Shown piece by piece: positions 1 to 9,529 of a DNA stretch of 64,000 nt. The stretch is from an uncultured Gammaproteobacteria bacterium. GTDB lineage: Bacteria > Patescibacteriota > Microgenomatia > Levybacterales > UBA12049. Where the stretch lies: positions 47,114 to 111,113 of the forward strand of contig CAZFYA010000002.1 in NCBI GenBank assembly GCA_964523705.1, given 5' to 3'. A program made the position numbers and the translations under genes. Position 1 is the stretch's first letter, and every line of letters starts with the position of its first letter. The notes under the pieces were generated by a model. The model was not told the origin of the DNA, searched no databases, and worked only from the letters and a program-made list of their open reading frames with translations.

Positions 1-1790
1 ATTCAAGTTCAAATACCTCCGGGTCATTAATATATCGAAAAGCACCCCTGTAGCCAAGCATTGGGTTTGGTTCTTCCGGCTCGAAATCCTTTCCTCCGAT
101 AAGATTTCTATATTCATTGGTCTTAAAGTCTGATGCCCTGTAGACAACAGGACGGGGATAAAACGCTTTACAAAAAGAGCTAAGTCCATTTGCCAATTTT
201 TCAATAAAAATTTGTTTTTTACCGTCTCTGATAAGTTTTTTAGGATGAGTTCCAATTCCGGCCATCATAAATTCAGCTCGTAAAAGCCCAACGCCATCAG
301 TATCCAACCTTGATGTCCGATCGGCAATTTCTGGCTCTGCTAAATTTACATACACCTTAGTTGCAGTCTTTATTTTTTCTGATTGATTGTATGTTTGAAC
401 AACAGTTCCTGCTTTTACATGTCCGCCCTTATACACCTCGCCTTTTATTCCGTTCACAGTAATTAAACTTCCGTTTTTTAAAACAGTTGTAGCTTTTGCT
501 GTACCAACAACTGCTGGAATACCAAGCTCCCTTGAGACTATTGCAGCATGAGAGGTTCTCCCTCCTTTATCAGTTACTATTGCGACAGCTTTTTTCATTG
601 CCGGAACAAAATCAGGGTTTGTTTGAGGGGCAACCAAAATATCTCCCTGCAGAACTTTACCAATTTCTTTTGCGCTATGTATTACCTTAACCTCTCCTGA
701 TGAAATCCCGGGACTTGCAGGATCACCCTTAAGAATTACCTCGAGGTTTTTAGAGGCAAGTTCAGATACAACATCGTGAAGACTTTCTTTTTTCGTTTTT
801 TTACTATCTTCTTTGTCTTCTTTTTTTGTGGTTGTTGTAATTGCTCTTGTTTGAACAATATATATTTTTCCGTTTTTAATAGCCCACTCAATATCCTGTG
901 GAAAATAGTAATGTTTTTCAAGTTTTTTTCCAATTTCTGCTAATTTTATAATGTTTTCATCTGATACTTTTTGCTTCTTTGCTCTAAAAAGAGAAACTTT
1001 TTTCTTCTTATTTTCACCATGGGCTCTTTTAAGCATAAATTTCTGCTTGCCTATTTTTTTATCCAGGATTTTTAAATCGTCTTTGTATAATTCGTAGTGA
1101 TCAGGTGTTTCTGCTCCTTGAACAATTAACTCTCCCAAGCCATAAATTGCTTCAATAACAATTCTCTTTTTATCATTTGTAACAGGATCTATTGTAAACA
1201 TTATTCCTGACTTTTCAGATTCAATCATCTTTTCAACTACCAATGCGATTCCTACCTTAATGTGGTCATATCTTTTTTGATGCCTGTAATATATTGCCCT
1301 GGCTTCAAAAAGAGAAGCCCATCCTTCTTTAATTTTTTCAAGTAAAACTGAATCTCCTTTTACATTTAGAAATGTTTCCTGCTGTCCGGCAAATGAAGCA
1401 TCTGCTAAGTCCTCAGCTGTAGCTGATGAGCGAACAGCAACATATGCTTCTTTTAAAACCCCGCCTAGTTTTCTGTAAGCTTTAATAACATCTTTTATTA
1501 GTTCATCTGATAGTTTTCCTCTTATAATTTCTCTTTTTATGTGGCTTGATACCTGCATTAAGGAATGGCTGTCATTAACATCTACCGTGTTAATGAGATG
1601 CTGAATTTTTCTATCTAGGTTGTTCTCTTTTATAAATTTATAATAGGCATTTGAGGTAATAATAAAACCATTGGGAACAGGAAAGTCTGCCTTTGTCATT
1701 TCCCCAAGATTAGCTCCTTTCCCACCAACTAATGCAGTATCTTCCTTGTCAACTTCATTAAACCACACTATTAATTTTGACAAATGTGCC
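1..1790 (-). CDS. ppsA: Phosphoenolpyruvate synthase (pyruvate, water dikinase), N-terminal ~596 aa; C-terminus lies beyond the left edge of the window
   Basis: Reverse-strand translation starts at 1790 with MAHLSKLIVWFNEVDKEDTALVGGKGANLGEM (PPDK/PEPS N-terminal nucleotide-binding region). It contains the PEP-utilising mobile His-domain signature GGRTSHAAIVSRELGIPAVVGT (around 540-610) and RAEFMM. The frame stays open to position 1. Confidence 0.85.
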
Positions 1791-1837
1791 ATATATTTTA
1801 TTATGTAGGCTTTAATAAAAAATATCAATAGAAGATT

Positions 1838-2869
1838 TTATGAAGCTAAATATTTCTTAAGCTGTTCAACCATTTCTACAGGAGTAGGGTCTTGATTATA
1901 TTCAAGCGCAAGGTAGTATGAAGTCCAATCAGCAATAGTTATTGATGAAAACATCTTATAAAATACGTTATCTCCTTGCATGTTTATAATTTCCGATTCA
2001 ATATTGCTGTTTTTTAAAATATCAACTGTAGCTTGATATCTTTTAATATTTCTTGGGTCATCTTCATTATCCTTTAAAAACAATACGAAAAATTTTGATT
2101 GTGGATTTGTAAAACCAACCATTTCATTATGGTTTGCTTCAGGTAAAAAATTCCAAAATGCAGGGGTTTTAGCATTTTCGTTTATTTTTATCTTCCAAAC
2201 CATTGCAACTGGTTTATACTTAGGAGATGAATATATTACAATAGTTTTTCCTTTCATTTTCTTCGCAAGATCTTTTCCTTTACTTTCAAATAACCTCATG
2301 TCTTCATTAAGCTTATCGGTAAGAGAAAGTAGATTTTCACAAACATCTGGGATTAATCCTTGGTTTACTAATAACTGATACATTGCCGAAAAGAAATATC
2401 CAGTACCCATTCTTGGTTGATAATTTGGAAAGGGGAAGGGAAGTTTTATATGAGGGGCGTTATTTTTTTTACAAAGCTCTTCAAGCTTTCCTCCACTTGA
2501 TATGCCAATGTATTTAAGTTTATTACTTTCAGCTTCGTTTAATGCAGAAAGTGTTTCTTCAGTATTGCCAGAATATGAAGAAATAATGTTTAAACATTTT
2601 TTTGTATAAGCTTCAGGGGGTAAAACATAATACCTGTTTATATAAATTTCAAACGGATTATAATCTGGATTGTCTTTAAACAAGCTATTACAATATGTTC
2701 GTAGAAGATTAGCAGGAAGGGCTGATCCACCCATTCCTGAAATTGCAACGCTTGTAAAATCGCCATCAAGTTTTATGTTTTCAGCAAGTTTTAGTCCAAC
2801 CTTAAACTGATTAGGTGTATCAAGTATAAATTGCTTAAAATTTGACTTATCAACTATATTTTTATCCAT
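1838..2869 (-). CDS. Bifunctional phosphoglucose/phosphomannose isomerase (SIS-domain, archaeal-type PGI/PMI)
   Basis: 343 aa. ISGMGGS SIS-domain motif. Size and layout match the PGI/PMI family. Start overlaps the next gene by 8 nt (operon with phosphohexomutase). Confidence 0.6.
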   Translation of the reverse strand: MDKNIVDKSNFKQFILDTPNQFKVGLKLAENIKLDGDFTSVAISGMGGSALPANLLRTYCNSLFKDNPDYNPFEIYINRYYVLPPEAYTKKCLNIISSYSGNTEETLSALNEAESNKLKYIGISSGGKLEELCKKNNAPHIKLPFPFPNYQPRMGTGYFFSAMYQLLVNQGLIPDVCENLLSLTDKLNEDMRLFESKGKDLAKKMKGKTIVIYSSPKYKPVAMVWKIKINENAKTPAFWNFLPEANHNEMVGFTNPQSKFFVLFLKDNEDDPRNIKRYQATVDILKNSNIESEIINMQGDNVFYKMFSSITIADWTSYYLALEYNQDPTPVEMVEQLKKYLAS

Positions 2870-4241
2870 TTTTTATATGATCAATCAAATTAATTAATTC
2901 ATCGCGTTTCTCTTCCATTATACCTTTTTCTAATGACTCAACATTTAATCTTAAAAGCGGCTCTGTATTGGATGTTCTAACAGAAAACCGCCAATTAGGA
3001 TAACTTATTGCTATACCATCTAATAAGTCTAGTTTTCCATCGTTGTATTTCTCTTTTAATGTAGTCATGATTTTCTCTGAATTTGAAACTTTAAAATTAT
3101 ACTCTCCTGACTCATAGCTTCTTCTGTATATTTCAACAACTTCTGAAAAAGGCTTTCCAATTTTAGTTAAAATTCCAAGTACAAATAAAACGGTTGTTAT
3201 TTGTGATTCTGCATTACCGGTGTCTCTAAAGAAGAAATGACTTGATGATTCACCGGCAAATATAGCTCCGCTCTTGTGCATTGATTCGGTAATATATGCA
3301 TGGCCGACTTTTGTAACTAACATTTTTCCGCCGTTTTCTTCAATAATTTTCTTAGGGGTTAAAAGATAGCGAATATCTACCAATATTGTTTCCTTAGGAT
3401 GCTTTTTAAGAAGTTCTATTGAAATCATTGAGGTAATAATTGACGGGGGAATAACTTTACCTTTTTCATCAATAAAAAACAGCCTGTCTCCGTCACCATC
3501 AGGAGCAAAGCCCATATCAGCTTTCTCCTCTACAACTCTTTTTTGAAGATCAACTAGGTTTTTTGCCTGTAAGGGATCGGGTTGGTGACTTGGAAATGAT
3601 CCGTCTAAATCAAAATTCATCCGAACCAATTCCCCTGGTATATTTTTAAATATTTCATCTATATACTGTGCACCCATAGCATTTGCAGTATCGGCAACTA
3701 CCTTAAATGGCTTAATGTTCATATTCCCGGTTATTTTTATTGCATTTTTTACCTCATCCTGTAAAACTCCGTCTTTTTTTTCAATTGATCCGTTACCACT
3801 TTCTTTAATAAATGTTTTATCCATTGCAATTTTTTTAATTTCCTCCATTCCGGTTGATTTACCAATTTTTACAAGTCCCTTTGGGGTATTTTTAACTATT
3901 TTTAATCCGTTCCATTCCTTTGGGTTGTGTGATGCTGTAATTTGAAAACCACAATCAAAACCGTAATGAAATACTGAAAAATAAAAGGTTGGGGTTGAAC
4001 AAAGCCCAATATCAATTACTTTTGCACCCATATCTCTTAGAGTATTTATAGCTATCTCAAAAAGCTTAGGAGAGGAGAGTCGCATATCTCTTCCTATAAC
4101 AACAGTTAATGTTTCTTTATTAATTTCTTTTTTGAAAAAAGTATATATTGCTTTTGTAATATCTTTAATTATTTCTTCGTTTAGGTCTTTGGGGTATACT
4201 CCTCTAATATCGTATGATTTAAAAATTGAGGGATTAATCAT
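2862..4241 (-). CDS. Phosphomannomutase/phosphoglucomutase (alpha-D-phosphohexomutase family)
   Basis: 459 aa. N-terminal FKSYDIRG. Active-site TASHNPKEWNG (phosphoserine loop). Mg-binding DGDGDR. Confidence 0.85.
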   Translation of the reverse strand: MINPSIFKSYDIRGVYPKDLNEEIIKDITKAIYTFFKKEINKETLTVVIGRDMRLSSPKLFEIAINTLRDMGAKVIDIGLCSTPTFYFSVFHYGFDCGFQITASHNPKEWNGLKIVKNTPKGLVKIGKSTGMEEIKKIAMDKTFIKESGNGSIEKKDGVLQDEVKNAIKITGNMNIKPFKVVADTANAMGAQYIDEIFKNIPGELVRMNFDLDGSFPSHQPDPLQAKNLVDLQKRVVEEKADMGFAPDGDGDRLFFIDEKGKVIPPSIITSMISIELLKKHPKETILVDIRYLLTPKKIIEENGGKMLVTKVGHAYITESMHKSGAIFAGESSSHFFFRDTGNAESQITTVLFVLGILTKIGKPFSEVVEIYRRSYESGEYNFKVSNSEKIMTTLKEKYNDGKLDLLDGIAISYPNWRFSVRTSNTEPLLRLNVESLEKGIMEEKRDELINLIDHIKNG

Positions 4242-4253
4242 TGTTTTTCAATA

Positions 4254-4943
4254 TTAAATTTTTAATAGTAAAATGTCAATGCTTTGTACCAAACTCATCC
4301 CAAGTTGCCCAGACTTTTGCGCATAATCAATTTTATAGAGCTGATTGTGTATACTTAAAAGCTGATCTTTTGAAAAAAGCTTTGCTTGTCTTAATAATTT
4401 TCCTCTTTGCCACGGAGCAAGCCTTTTAACCTCGTCTATAGGATCGTCTGTTGTGTTTAATACTGAAATTAGAAGCCTAAATTGCCTTATAATCATGTAA
4501 AATAACATTTCCTCATCAATCGTTTTTAACGCGTCGTGAAATAAAACAGCGTTATTCTTACTATTCGGTTTTATTGAATCCAGAAAGTAAAAAAGATTTT
4601 GCGGAAGATTAAAACCTTTTGGGATTAAGTTTTTAAATGAGCTTAAAATGCTTTTTTCAATTTTTTTACCCTCCCAAAAAATAAAATTAGAATCTTTTGA
4701 TCTTTGATTCACATAATCAACAATTTCCTTATATTCATTTGAATTTGTTTTTTTACCTATAAAAAAGTTTTCAATAAAAATGTCTTTTGATTCAAAAAAA
4801 AGTGATTTACCATCTATTATTTGCATCAGATCTGTTTTTGAGACAGATTTATCAAAAAAAATCGGGTTTTTTGTTTTTTTTCTCTCTGATAAAAAATACC
4901 CTCTTGAGCTTACTAAATCATCTCCGTGTATAATAACAATCAT
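4254..4943 (-). CDS. holA: Probable DNA polymerase III delta subunit (short HolA-like)
   Basis: 229 aa. N-terminus MIVIIHGDD resembles the HolA N-terminus. No catalytic motifs. Weak assignment. Confidence 0.4.
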   Translation of the reverse strand: MIVIIHGDDLVSSRGYFLSERKKTKNPIFFDKSVSKTDLMQIIDGKSLFFESKDIFIENFFIGKKTNSNEYKEIVDYVNQRSKDSNFIFWEGKKIEKSILSSFKNLIPKGFNLPQNLFYFLDSIKPNSKNNAVLFHDALKTIDEEMLFYMIIRQFRLLISVLNTTDDPIDEVKRLAPWQRGKLLRQAKLFSKDQLLSIHNQLYKIDYAQKSGQLGMSLVQSIDILLLKI

Positions 4944-4946
4944 AGG

Positions 4947-5324
4947 CTATTTTCTTTTCTTTTTATATTCTTTATATAATTTATTTGCTTCTTTTTGAAG
5001 ATGTCTTCCTCTTCCTCTATGGGGTAGAAGTGCACCTGAAAAATTTTTAGGGATATGCAGTAGTTCGTGAATTAAAACTTTTCGTTTTGATTCATCATCT
5101 AATTTATCAAAATATTTAGATAATACTTCAATAACGTAAGCAGGTCTTATGTCTAAAGCGTTTTGAAAAATCTTTGGAAAAGCCCAGATTCTTGCATACG
5201 CTCTTGATTTTGAACCGTTTGTCCTAAAGCAAAAAATCCTACTTTTAACAAGGTAATTAAGGTCTAAAATCTCAATTAGCTTATTCATTTCTTTTTGAAC
5301 GTCTGGTGCTTTTTCCCATTCCAT
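4947..5324 (-). CDS. HExxH zinc-metallopeptidase-like protein (SprT/WLM-like)
   Basis: 125 aa with IHELLHIP (HExxH) motif. Lys-rich C-terminus. Confidence 0.4.
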   Translation of the reverse strand: MEWEKAPDVQKEMNKLIEILDLNYLVKSRIFCFRTNGSKSRAYARIWAFPKIFQNALDIRPAYVIEVLSKYFDKLDDESKRKVLIHELLHIPKNFSGALLPHRGRGRHLQKEANKLYKEYKKKRK

Positions 5325-5408
5325 AATTAATTAGATATGTCCGTTTGTGATCTTTGTTGTTTTTTTATTTTTATCCATTTTGAGGCTTAGCTGGATAATT
5401 ATAACACA

Positions 5409-6557
5409 CTAGTTAATCTTTAAAATCCATTTTAAAAATATAATTACGTTATCAACGCTGTTAAAAAGTGGTGGTTCTTTTACTTCTTTTTTGAATATGC
5501 GAATAGGTAATTGCTTTAATGCTTTTTCTCCTAAAACTTTCTTAACCTCTGTTAACTGCGGACTGCCTTTTACTTTTTTAATTTTTTTTATAGAATTAAA
5601 AATTTCATTACCGTTTCCACTTTTATCAAACATAGAAAATTGGTCAAATGGTTCTGTCATTGCCTTTAAAATAAAAGGAGTAACTGCAACAACATCTTTT
5701 TCTCCCCATGCATTTTCAAATGCTTCATTATAGAATTTTCCAATCTGGCTATCAGTATATCTTTTTAATGTCCAGCCGGTTTCTGTAATAAAGATAGGTA
5801 AATCCTTATTGGTAAAATTTTTAATGTAGTTTTTCTCATACCAAAAACTGTAAACACTTTTATTTGTTGAGACTGACGGAAGAGTCGAAAAGCCAGGATT
5901 TGGATAGGAATGGCTTCCTAAGCCATCAATTTGATTAAAAATCCCCGGAACTGCTTTTTCCATTTCCCAAAAGTAGGCAAATTTATCCATTGCATCAGGA
6001 TAGTTATTTATTGATGCATTGTCCATTCCGGCTGAAATTATAAAAAAGTCAGGGCTTTTAGACTTAAATGCCGTTACTGCATAGCTTAAAAGCTCTGCGT
6101 ATTCCGATGGCTCTGGGCTTCCGCCCCACTCATCGCCTCTATTCACCTCATTAAAAACGACTACGTATCTATTTTTAGTTGGCCAATCAAGTGAGTTTAA
6201 AAAATTAGCAAAATCTAAAATTGATGTAAATTTTGGTTTTTCCCAAACCTTGGTATTAAAATAATCTCCATTTGTAGCAAGCCTTATAATTGGAATTAAA
6301 TGATAAGATCGGCACTCATCCATAAAGAATTGCCACTTTTCCAAGTCCTTATCATATGATTGAATAGGAATAGTAACATATCCCCAGTCTCCATCTTCTG
6401 AATTTATCATTTCCCTTGCTTCTTTTATTTCATCCGGAAAAAGTATATGAACGCCAATCTTGTTATTTGCTGTTGATAGGGGATCATATATTGCATTCAC
6501 CCTGGCCGGAAATAGAAGAACAAGTAAAAATAATAATATAAGTGTGATTCTTTTCAT
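5409..6557 (-). CDS. Secreted glycoside hydrolase, clan GH-A (GH5-like)
   Basis: 382 aa. N-terminal signal peptide MKRITLILLFLLVLLFPARVNA. VVFNEVNRGDEWGG (NE acid/base) and ITETGW (nucleophile Glu) motifs typical of clan A beta-glycanases. Confidence 0.5.
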   Translation of the reverse strand: MKRITLILLFLLVLLFPARVNAIYDPLSTANNKIGVHILFPDEIKEAREMINSEDGDWGYVTIPIQSYDKDLEKWQFFMDECRSYHLIPIIRLATNGDYFNTKVWEKPKFTSILDFANFLNSLDWPTKNRYVVVFNEVNRGDEWGGSPEPSEYAELLSYAVTAFKSKSPDFFIISAGMDNASINNYPDAMDKFAYFWEMEKAVPGIFNQIDGLGSHSYPNPGFSTLPSVSTNKSVYSFWYEKNYIKNFTNKDLPIFITETGWTLKRYTDSQIGKFYNEAFENAWGEKDVVAVTPFILKAMTEPFDQFSMFDKSGNGNEIFNSIKKIKKVKGSPQLTEVKKVLGEKALKQLPIRIFKKEVKEPPLFNSVDNVIIFLKWILKIN

Positions 6558-6640
6558 AGTTTAAATTATATCATTTAGTAAATTTAAATTGCTTTTTTAT
6601 TGATTTTAAATCATCACTTATTTTATAATTCACTCCTAAT

Positions 6641-7216
6641 ATGAATCACGAAGTATTTTTGGGTAAGGTAATTGATGGAAGGCCTTGTGGAATAAAAACT
6701 TCTGATCTTCAAAAAAAGGGCGAAAATCTTGTAATTCAAGGGTTATCCGGAGAGTCTGAAGTGGTCTATGCATCTGATGGGTCAACCTACTTTTCGCTAA
6801 AAGATAAAAGGGATGACCGATATAGAATTCATACAGGCGTTAAAAACTTTTTAGTTCAAAATATCATCCGATCTACTGTTGTTATTGACAATCAAAGAGT
6901 AAGACATCCAGACTTATTTGCAGGTCAACTAATTCGTCATTTTTTGCAAGAAGTTGAGTTAAAAATTGGTAAAGACAAAATGGTTATCTGTGAACATTGG
7001 TATGTACCTGATGCTATTCAAAATGGCATGTATAATGAACTATCTGATAATTTTGATGAATATACTCATGGAATTAATGTATTGGGATTATCAAAAACTG
7101 AAGCTGCATTATCTACATGGAGTGGTAAGCTATATTCCTCTCTTGGTTTTACAATAAATGATAAGGATATTCAAGAAGAAAACCCTCATTTTATAGTAGT
7201 TAAGTTTAGAAGATAA
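6641..7216 (+). CDS. Hypothetical protein (191 aa), higher GC than surroundings
   Basis: Uninterrupted ORF with no recognisable motifs. Convergent with the two-gene operon at 7325-7923. Part of the tRNA-Lys-adjacent islet. Confidence 0.45.
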   Translation: MNHEVFLGKVIDGRPCGIKTSDLQKKGENLVIQGLSGESEVVYASDGSTYFSLKDKRDDRYRIHTGVKNFLVQNIIRSTVVIDNQRVRHPDLFAGQLIRHFLQEVELKIGKDKMVICEHWYVPDAIQNGMYNELSDNFDEYTHGINVLGLSKTEAALSTWSGKLYSSLGFTINDKDIQEENPHFIVVKFRR

Positions 7217-7324
7217 TGTAAATTAAGATAATGGATAAATAAAATTCTATTAAAAAACATTATTTCGAGGCTAATCCGAAGCTGAGCGCCTCGGTCTAGA
7301 ACCGTTTAGTCGTTATAACTGAAT

Positions 7325-7588
7325 TTAAGAAACTGCGGCGTTTTGGAAAATAGTGCTGTATAAGAGCGCATCTTCCGCAGCTTTCAGCTTCTCTTTTTTA
7401 TCAAGTTTTTCCATTTCATTTAAAAATTTAATTAGATATGGTTTTAGCTCGTTATTATTTAACTCGTTCTTTCTTTTTAAAGCTTCTTCGTAAAATCTAT
7501 TAGCCATTATATTTGATCCTCTAAAATATCCAATTGCAACTCTTTTTAGATCTAAAGCCATTGCTCCCAATATTTGTTTGTTTTTCAT
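7325..7588 (-). CDS. Hypothetical protein (87 aa), second gene of an overlapping two-gene operon
   Basis: Start overlaps the stop of the upstream gene (ATGA at 7585-7588). Predicted helical. No motif recognised. Confidence 0.4.
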   Translation of the reverse strand: MKNKQILGAMALDLKRVAIGYFRGSNIMANRFYEEALKRKNELNNNELKPYLIKFLNEMEKLDKKEKLKAAEDALLYSTIFQNAAVS

Positions 7589-7923
7589 ATAAGTTTCCCA
7601 AAAAAATATTTAGTTAAATCTTCAAATCTTTTTCTTAAGGATGAATCTTGAATTTCATTGCTTGTATTATTATCCGAAGGTCGTATATTAATAAACGAAT
7701 TGCAATCAATTATTTTTGTTTCCAAATCAATCCCTCCGCCCCAAAGATTTGATTGATTAGATCCTTTTTCCAATAAAATCTTTTCTGAATTATAATGTCT
7801 GTCTGCTCCAGCAGAACAAATTTTACTTTCAATATCAATAACAGTTTTAATATACGAATCAAATAGTTCTCTTAGTTTTTCAATTTCTTCTTTCGTAAAT
7901 GGCTTAGATTTAGTAATAATCAT
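7585..7923 (-). CDS. Hypothetical protein (112 aa), first gene of an overlapping two-gene operon
   Basis: 4-nt overlap with the downstream 87-aa ORF, an arrangement typical of translationally coupled pairs (for example toxin-antitoxin modules). No family recognised. Confidence 0.4.
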   Translation of the reverse strand: MIITKSKPFTKEEIEKLRELFDSYIKTVIDIESKICSAGADRHYNSEKILLEKGSNQSNLWGGGIDLETKIIDCNSFINIRPSDNNTSNEIQDSSLRKRFEDLTKYFFGKLI

Positions 7924-8100
7924 TTAGAATATTATAACTCGGTTTAGAAGTTATTAAAAGAGCATGAATGTTAGTTTTATGGCTATAGTCCGTGTTTGCT
8001 GGGTGTTGTGGACTAGAACTAAACGTGAGCCGTACAGTACATTCGCTTTGCTCAGTATTTCACGTTGTTCAAGATTCGAGACGAGCTGTCTTCGCCATTA

Positions 8101-8137
8101 AAAAATCTCCTCAACCAAATGCTGGGAGATTTTTCGG
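8101..8137 (-). terminator. Rho-independent terminator hairpin just downstream of tRNA-Lys (bidirectional A-run/T-run)
   Basis: aaaaATCTCC-tcaaccaaatgct-GGGAGATtttt: a 6-7 bp stem flanked by an A-run and a T-run. Confidence 0.5.
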
Positions 8138-8209
8138 TGAGCCGTACAGGATTCGAACCTGTGACCAAGAGCTTAAAAGGCTCCTGCTCTACCGCTGAGC
8201 TAACGGCCC
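8138..8209 (-). tRNA. tRNA-Lys (anticodon UUU)
   Basis: Reverse complement is GGGCCGTTAGCTCAGCGGTAGAGCAGGAGCCTTTTAAGCTCTTGGTCACAGGTTCGAATCCTGTACGGCTCA. Cloverleaf with anticodon loop CTTTTAA. Confidence 0.85.
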
Positions 8210-8305
8210 GCAGGAAATAATTATACCAATCAAAGCTAGACTTGACAAGGATTTGAATAATCCCATAAACTAGAACTAATCTACATGATGAAAGGAGGTG
8301 AGAAC

Positions 8306-8965
8306 ATGACAGGAATCGGAGATACGATTGTTTCCTCCTTAAACGAAGGACTTCTGGCATTTGTTAACTTTATTCCAAAATTAGTCGCAGGTGCAATTGT
8401 AATACTTATTGGTATTATTGTTGCTTCAATTGTTAAACAACTTTTAATTGGTATTTTTAAAGCCTTAAAGATTGAAAAGTTTTTAAGAAAATACGGAGTA
8501 CCGGAATTAAAAGATGACTTTTCCTGGACTAATATACTGTCTGAATTAGTCAGATGGTTTATTATAGTATTATTCCTTATCCCAACTGCAGAAGTCTGGG
8601 GATTGCCAAGAGTTACATCAGTTCTAAATGAAGTATTGATGTATCTTCCAAATGTTTTTGTAGCAGCAATTATTGCCATGGTAGGGTTTGTATTCGCCAG
8701 ATTAACCCATGATGTTGTATTGGTCTCAATTAAAAATGTTGATCCAAGAACATCATCAGCAATTGCTTCTGTTGCAAGATGGGCGATTAATATATTTGTA
8801 ATATTGGCCGTTTTAACTCAACTTGGAGTAGCAGCTGATTTAATAAGAATACTATTCACTGGTCTTGTAGCAATGCTTGCTCTAGCCGGTGGAATTGCAT
8901 TTGGTCTTGGTGGACAAGGTGGAGCTAAAGAGGTCGTAGACGGATTAAAAAGAAAATTTAAGTAA
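8306..8965 (+). CDS. Conserved TM-helix-repeat membrane protein (mechanosensitive-channel-related family)
   Basis: Strong RBS aaaggaggtga 7 nt before ATG at 8306. Multiple TM helices and a Gly-rich C-terminus. The track ORF from 8285 is probably too long. Confidence 0.5.
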   Translation: MTGIGDTIVSSLNEGLLAFVNFIPKLVAGAIVILIGIIVASIVKQLLIGIFKALKIEKFLRKYGVPELKDDFSWTNILSELVRWFIIVLFLIPTAEVWGLPRVTSVLNEVLMYLPNVFVAAIIAMVGFVFARLTHDVVLVSIKNVDPRTSSAIASVARWAINIFVILAVLTQLGVAADLIRILFTGLVAMLALAGGIAFGLGGQGGAKEVVDGLKRKFK

Positions 8966-9011
8966 GAATTGTCTAAAAGTCAATTTTTAGATATAATACT
9001 TAAGTTTTAAT

Positions 9012-9085
9012 GCCGCGTTCGTCTAGTGGCCTAGGACATCGGGTTTTCAGCCCGAGAATCAGGGGTTCGAATCCCCTACGCGGTA
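9012..9085 (+). tRNA. tRNA-Glu (anticodon UUC)
   Basis: GCCGCGTTCGTCTAGTGGCCTAGGACATCGGGTTTTCAGCCCGAGAATCAGGGGTTCGAATCCCCTACGCGGTA. Typical tRNA-Glu D-arm TTCGTCTAG..GGCC.AGGAC. Anticodon loop TTTTCAG. Confidence 0.85.
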
Positions 9086-9093
9086 CATTTAAA

Positions 9094-9414
9094 TTAATCC
9101 TCTTTGTAAACGATTTGTGAAAGAAAATCCCTAACTCCAATAAGAGGTGAGAAAGATAAGTTAGATCTGTTTACAACGTTTTTATCTAAAATAATTTTTT
9201 TACTATCTCCATTTTTACTCAATATAAATGACACCCTATTGCTATCCTCCACAGTAATGATTTTAGGTCTACCAAGTAAAACATGATAGTTTTCTCGTTC
9301 GTTTTTACCAACTGATATTTCATCACTATGTATTGCTATTTTACTACCAGGTTTTAATGGTTTAGTTTGTACTACTTCTCCTGAAAACGTTCTTGTTTCA
9401 ATTTTTATTGACAT
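9094..9414 (-). CDS. Hypothetical protein (106 aa), divergent from uvrA
   Basis: ORF only; no motif recognised. Confidence 0.3.
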   Translation of the reverse strand: MSIKIETRTFSGEVVQTKPLKPGSKIAIHSDEISVGKNERENYHVLLGRPKIITVEDSNRVSFILSKNGDSKKIILDKNVVNRSNLSFSPLIGVRDFLSQIVYKED

Positions 9415-9529
9415 AGTGGGGAATTCTAATACTTTTTGTGTTTTTTGTCAAAGTACTAAAGAACCTACCTATCCCGTTGCTTATATTTCCGATTTCATAT
9501 ATAATATTACTTCGATTTTTATGCCTCTT

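Noticed and set aside
7267-7300. Copy 1 of the conserved upstream element as a functional promoter
   Set aside because: It lies between two convergent gene ends with no downstream gene. It lacks the TGATATAAT extension and is embedded in an inverted repeat (cgaggc...gcctcg). It is more likely a degenerate copy or a terminator than a promoter.
7992-8360. Track ORFs 7992-8198 (+) and 8052-8360 (-) as protein-coding genes
   Set aside because: Both run through the tRNA-Lys gene (8138-8209) and its terminator. They have no RBS or motifs, so they are treated as spurious.
9416-9529. Long N-terminal extension of uvrA (track start at 9416)
   Set aside because: The canonical UvrA N-terminus MDKII...[10 protein letters not shown] begins at 9530. 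The extension has no homology and probably comes from a non-ATG start allowed by the ORF caller.
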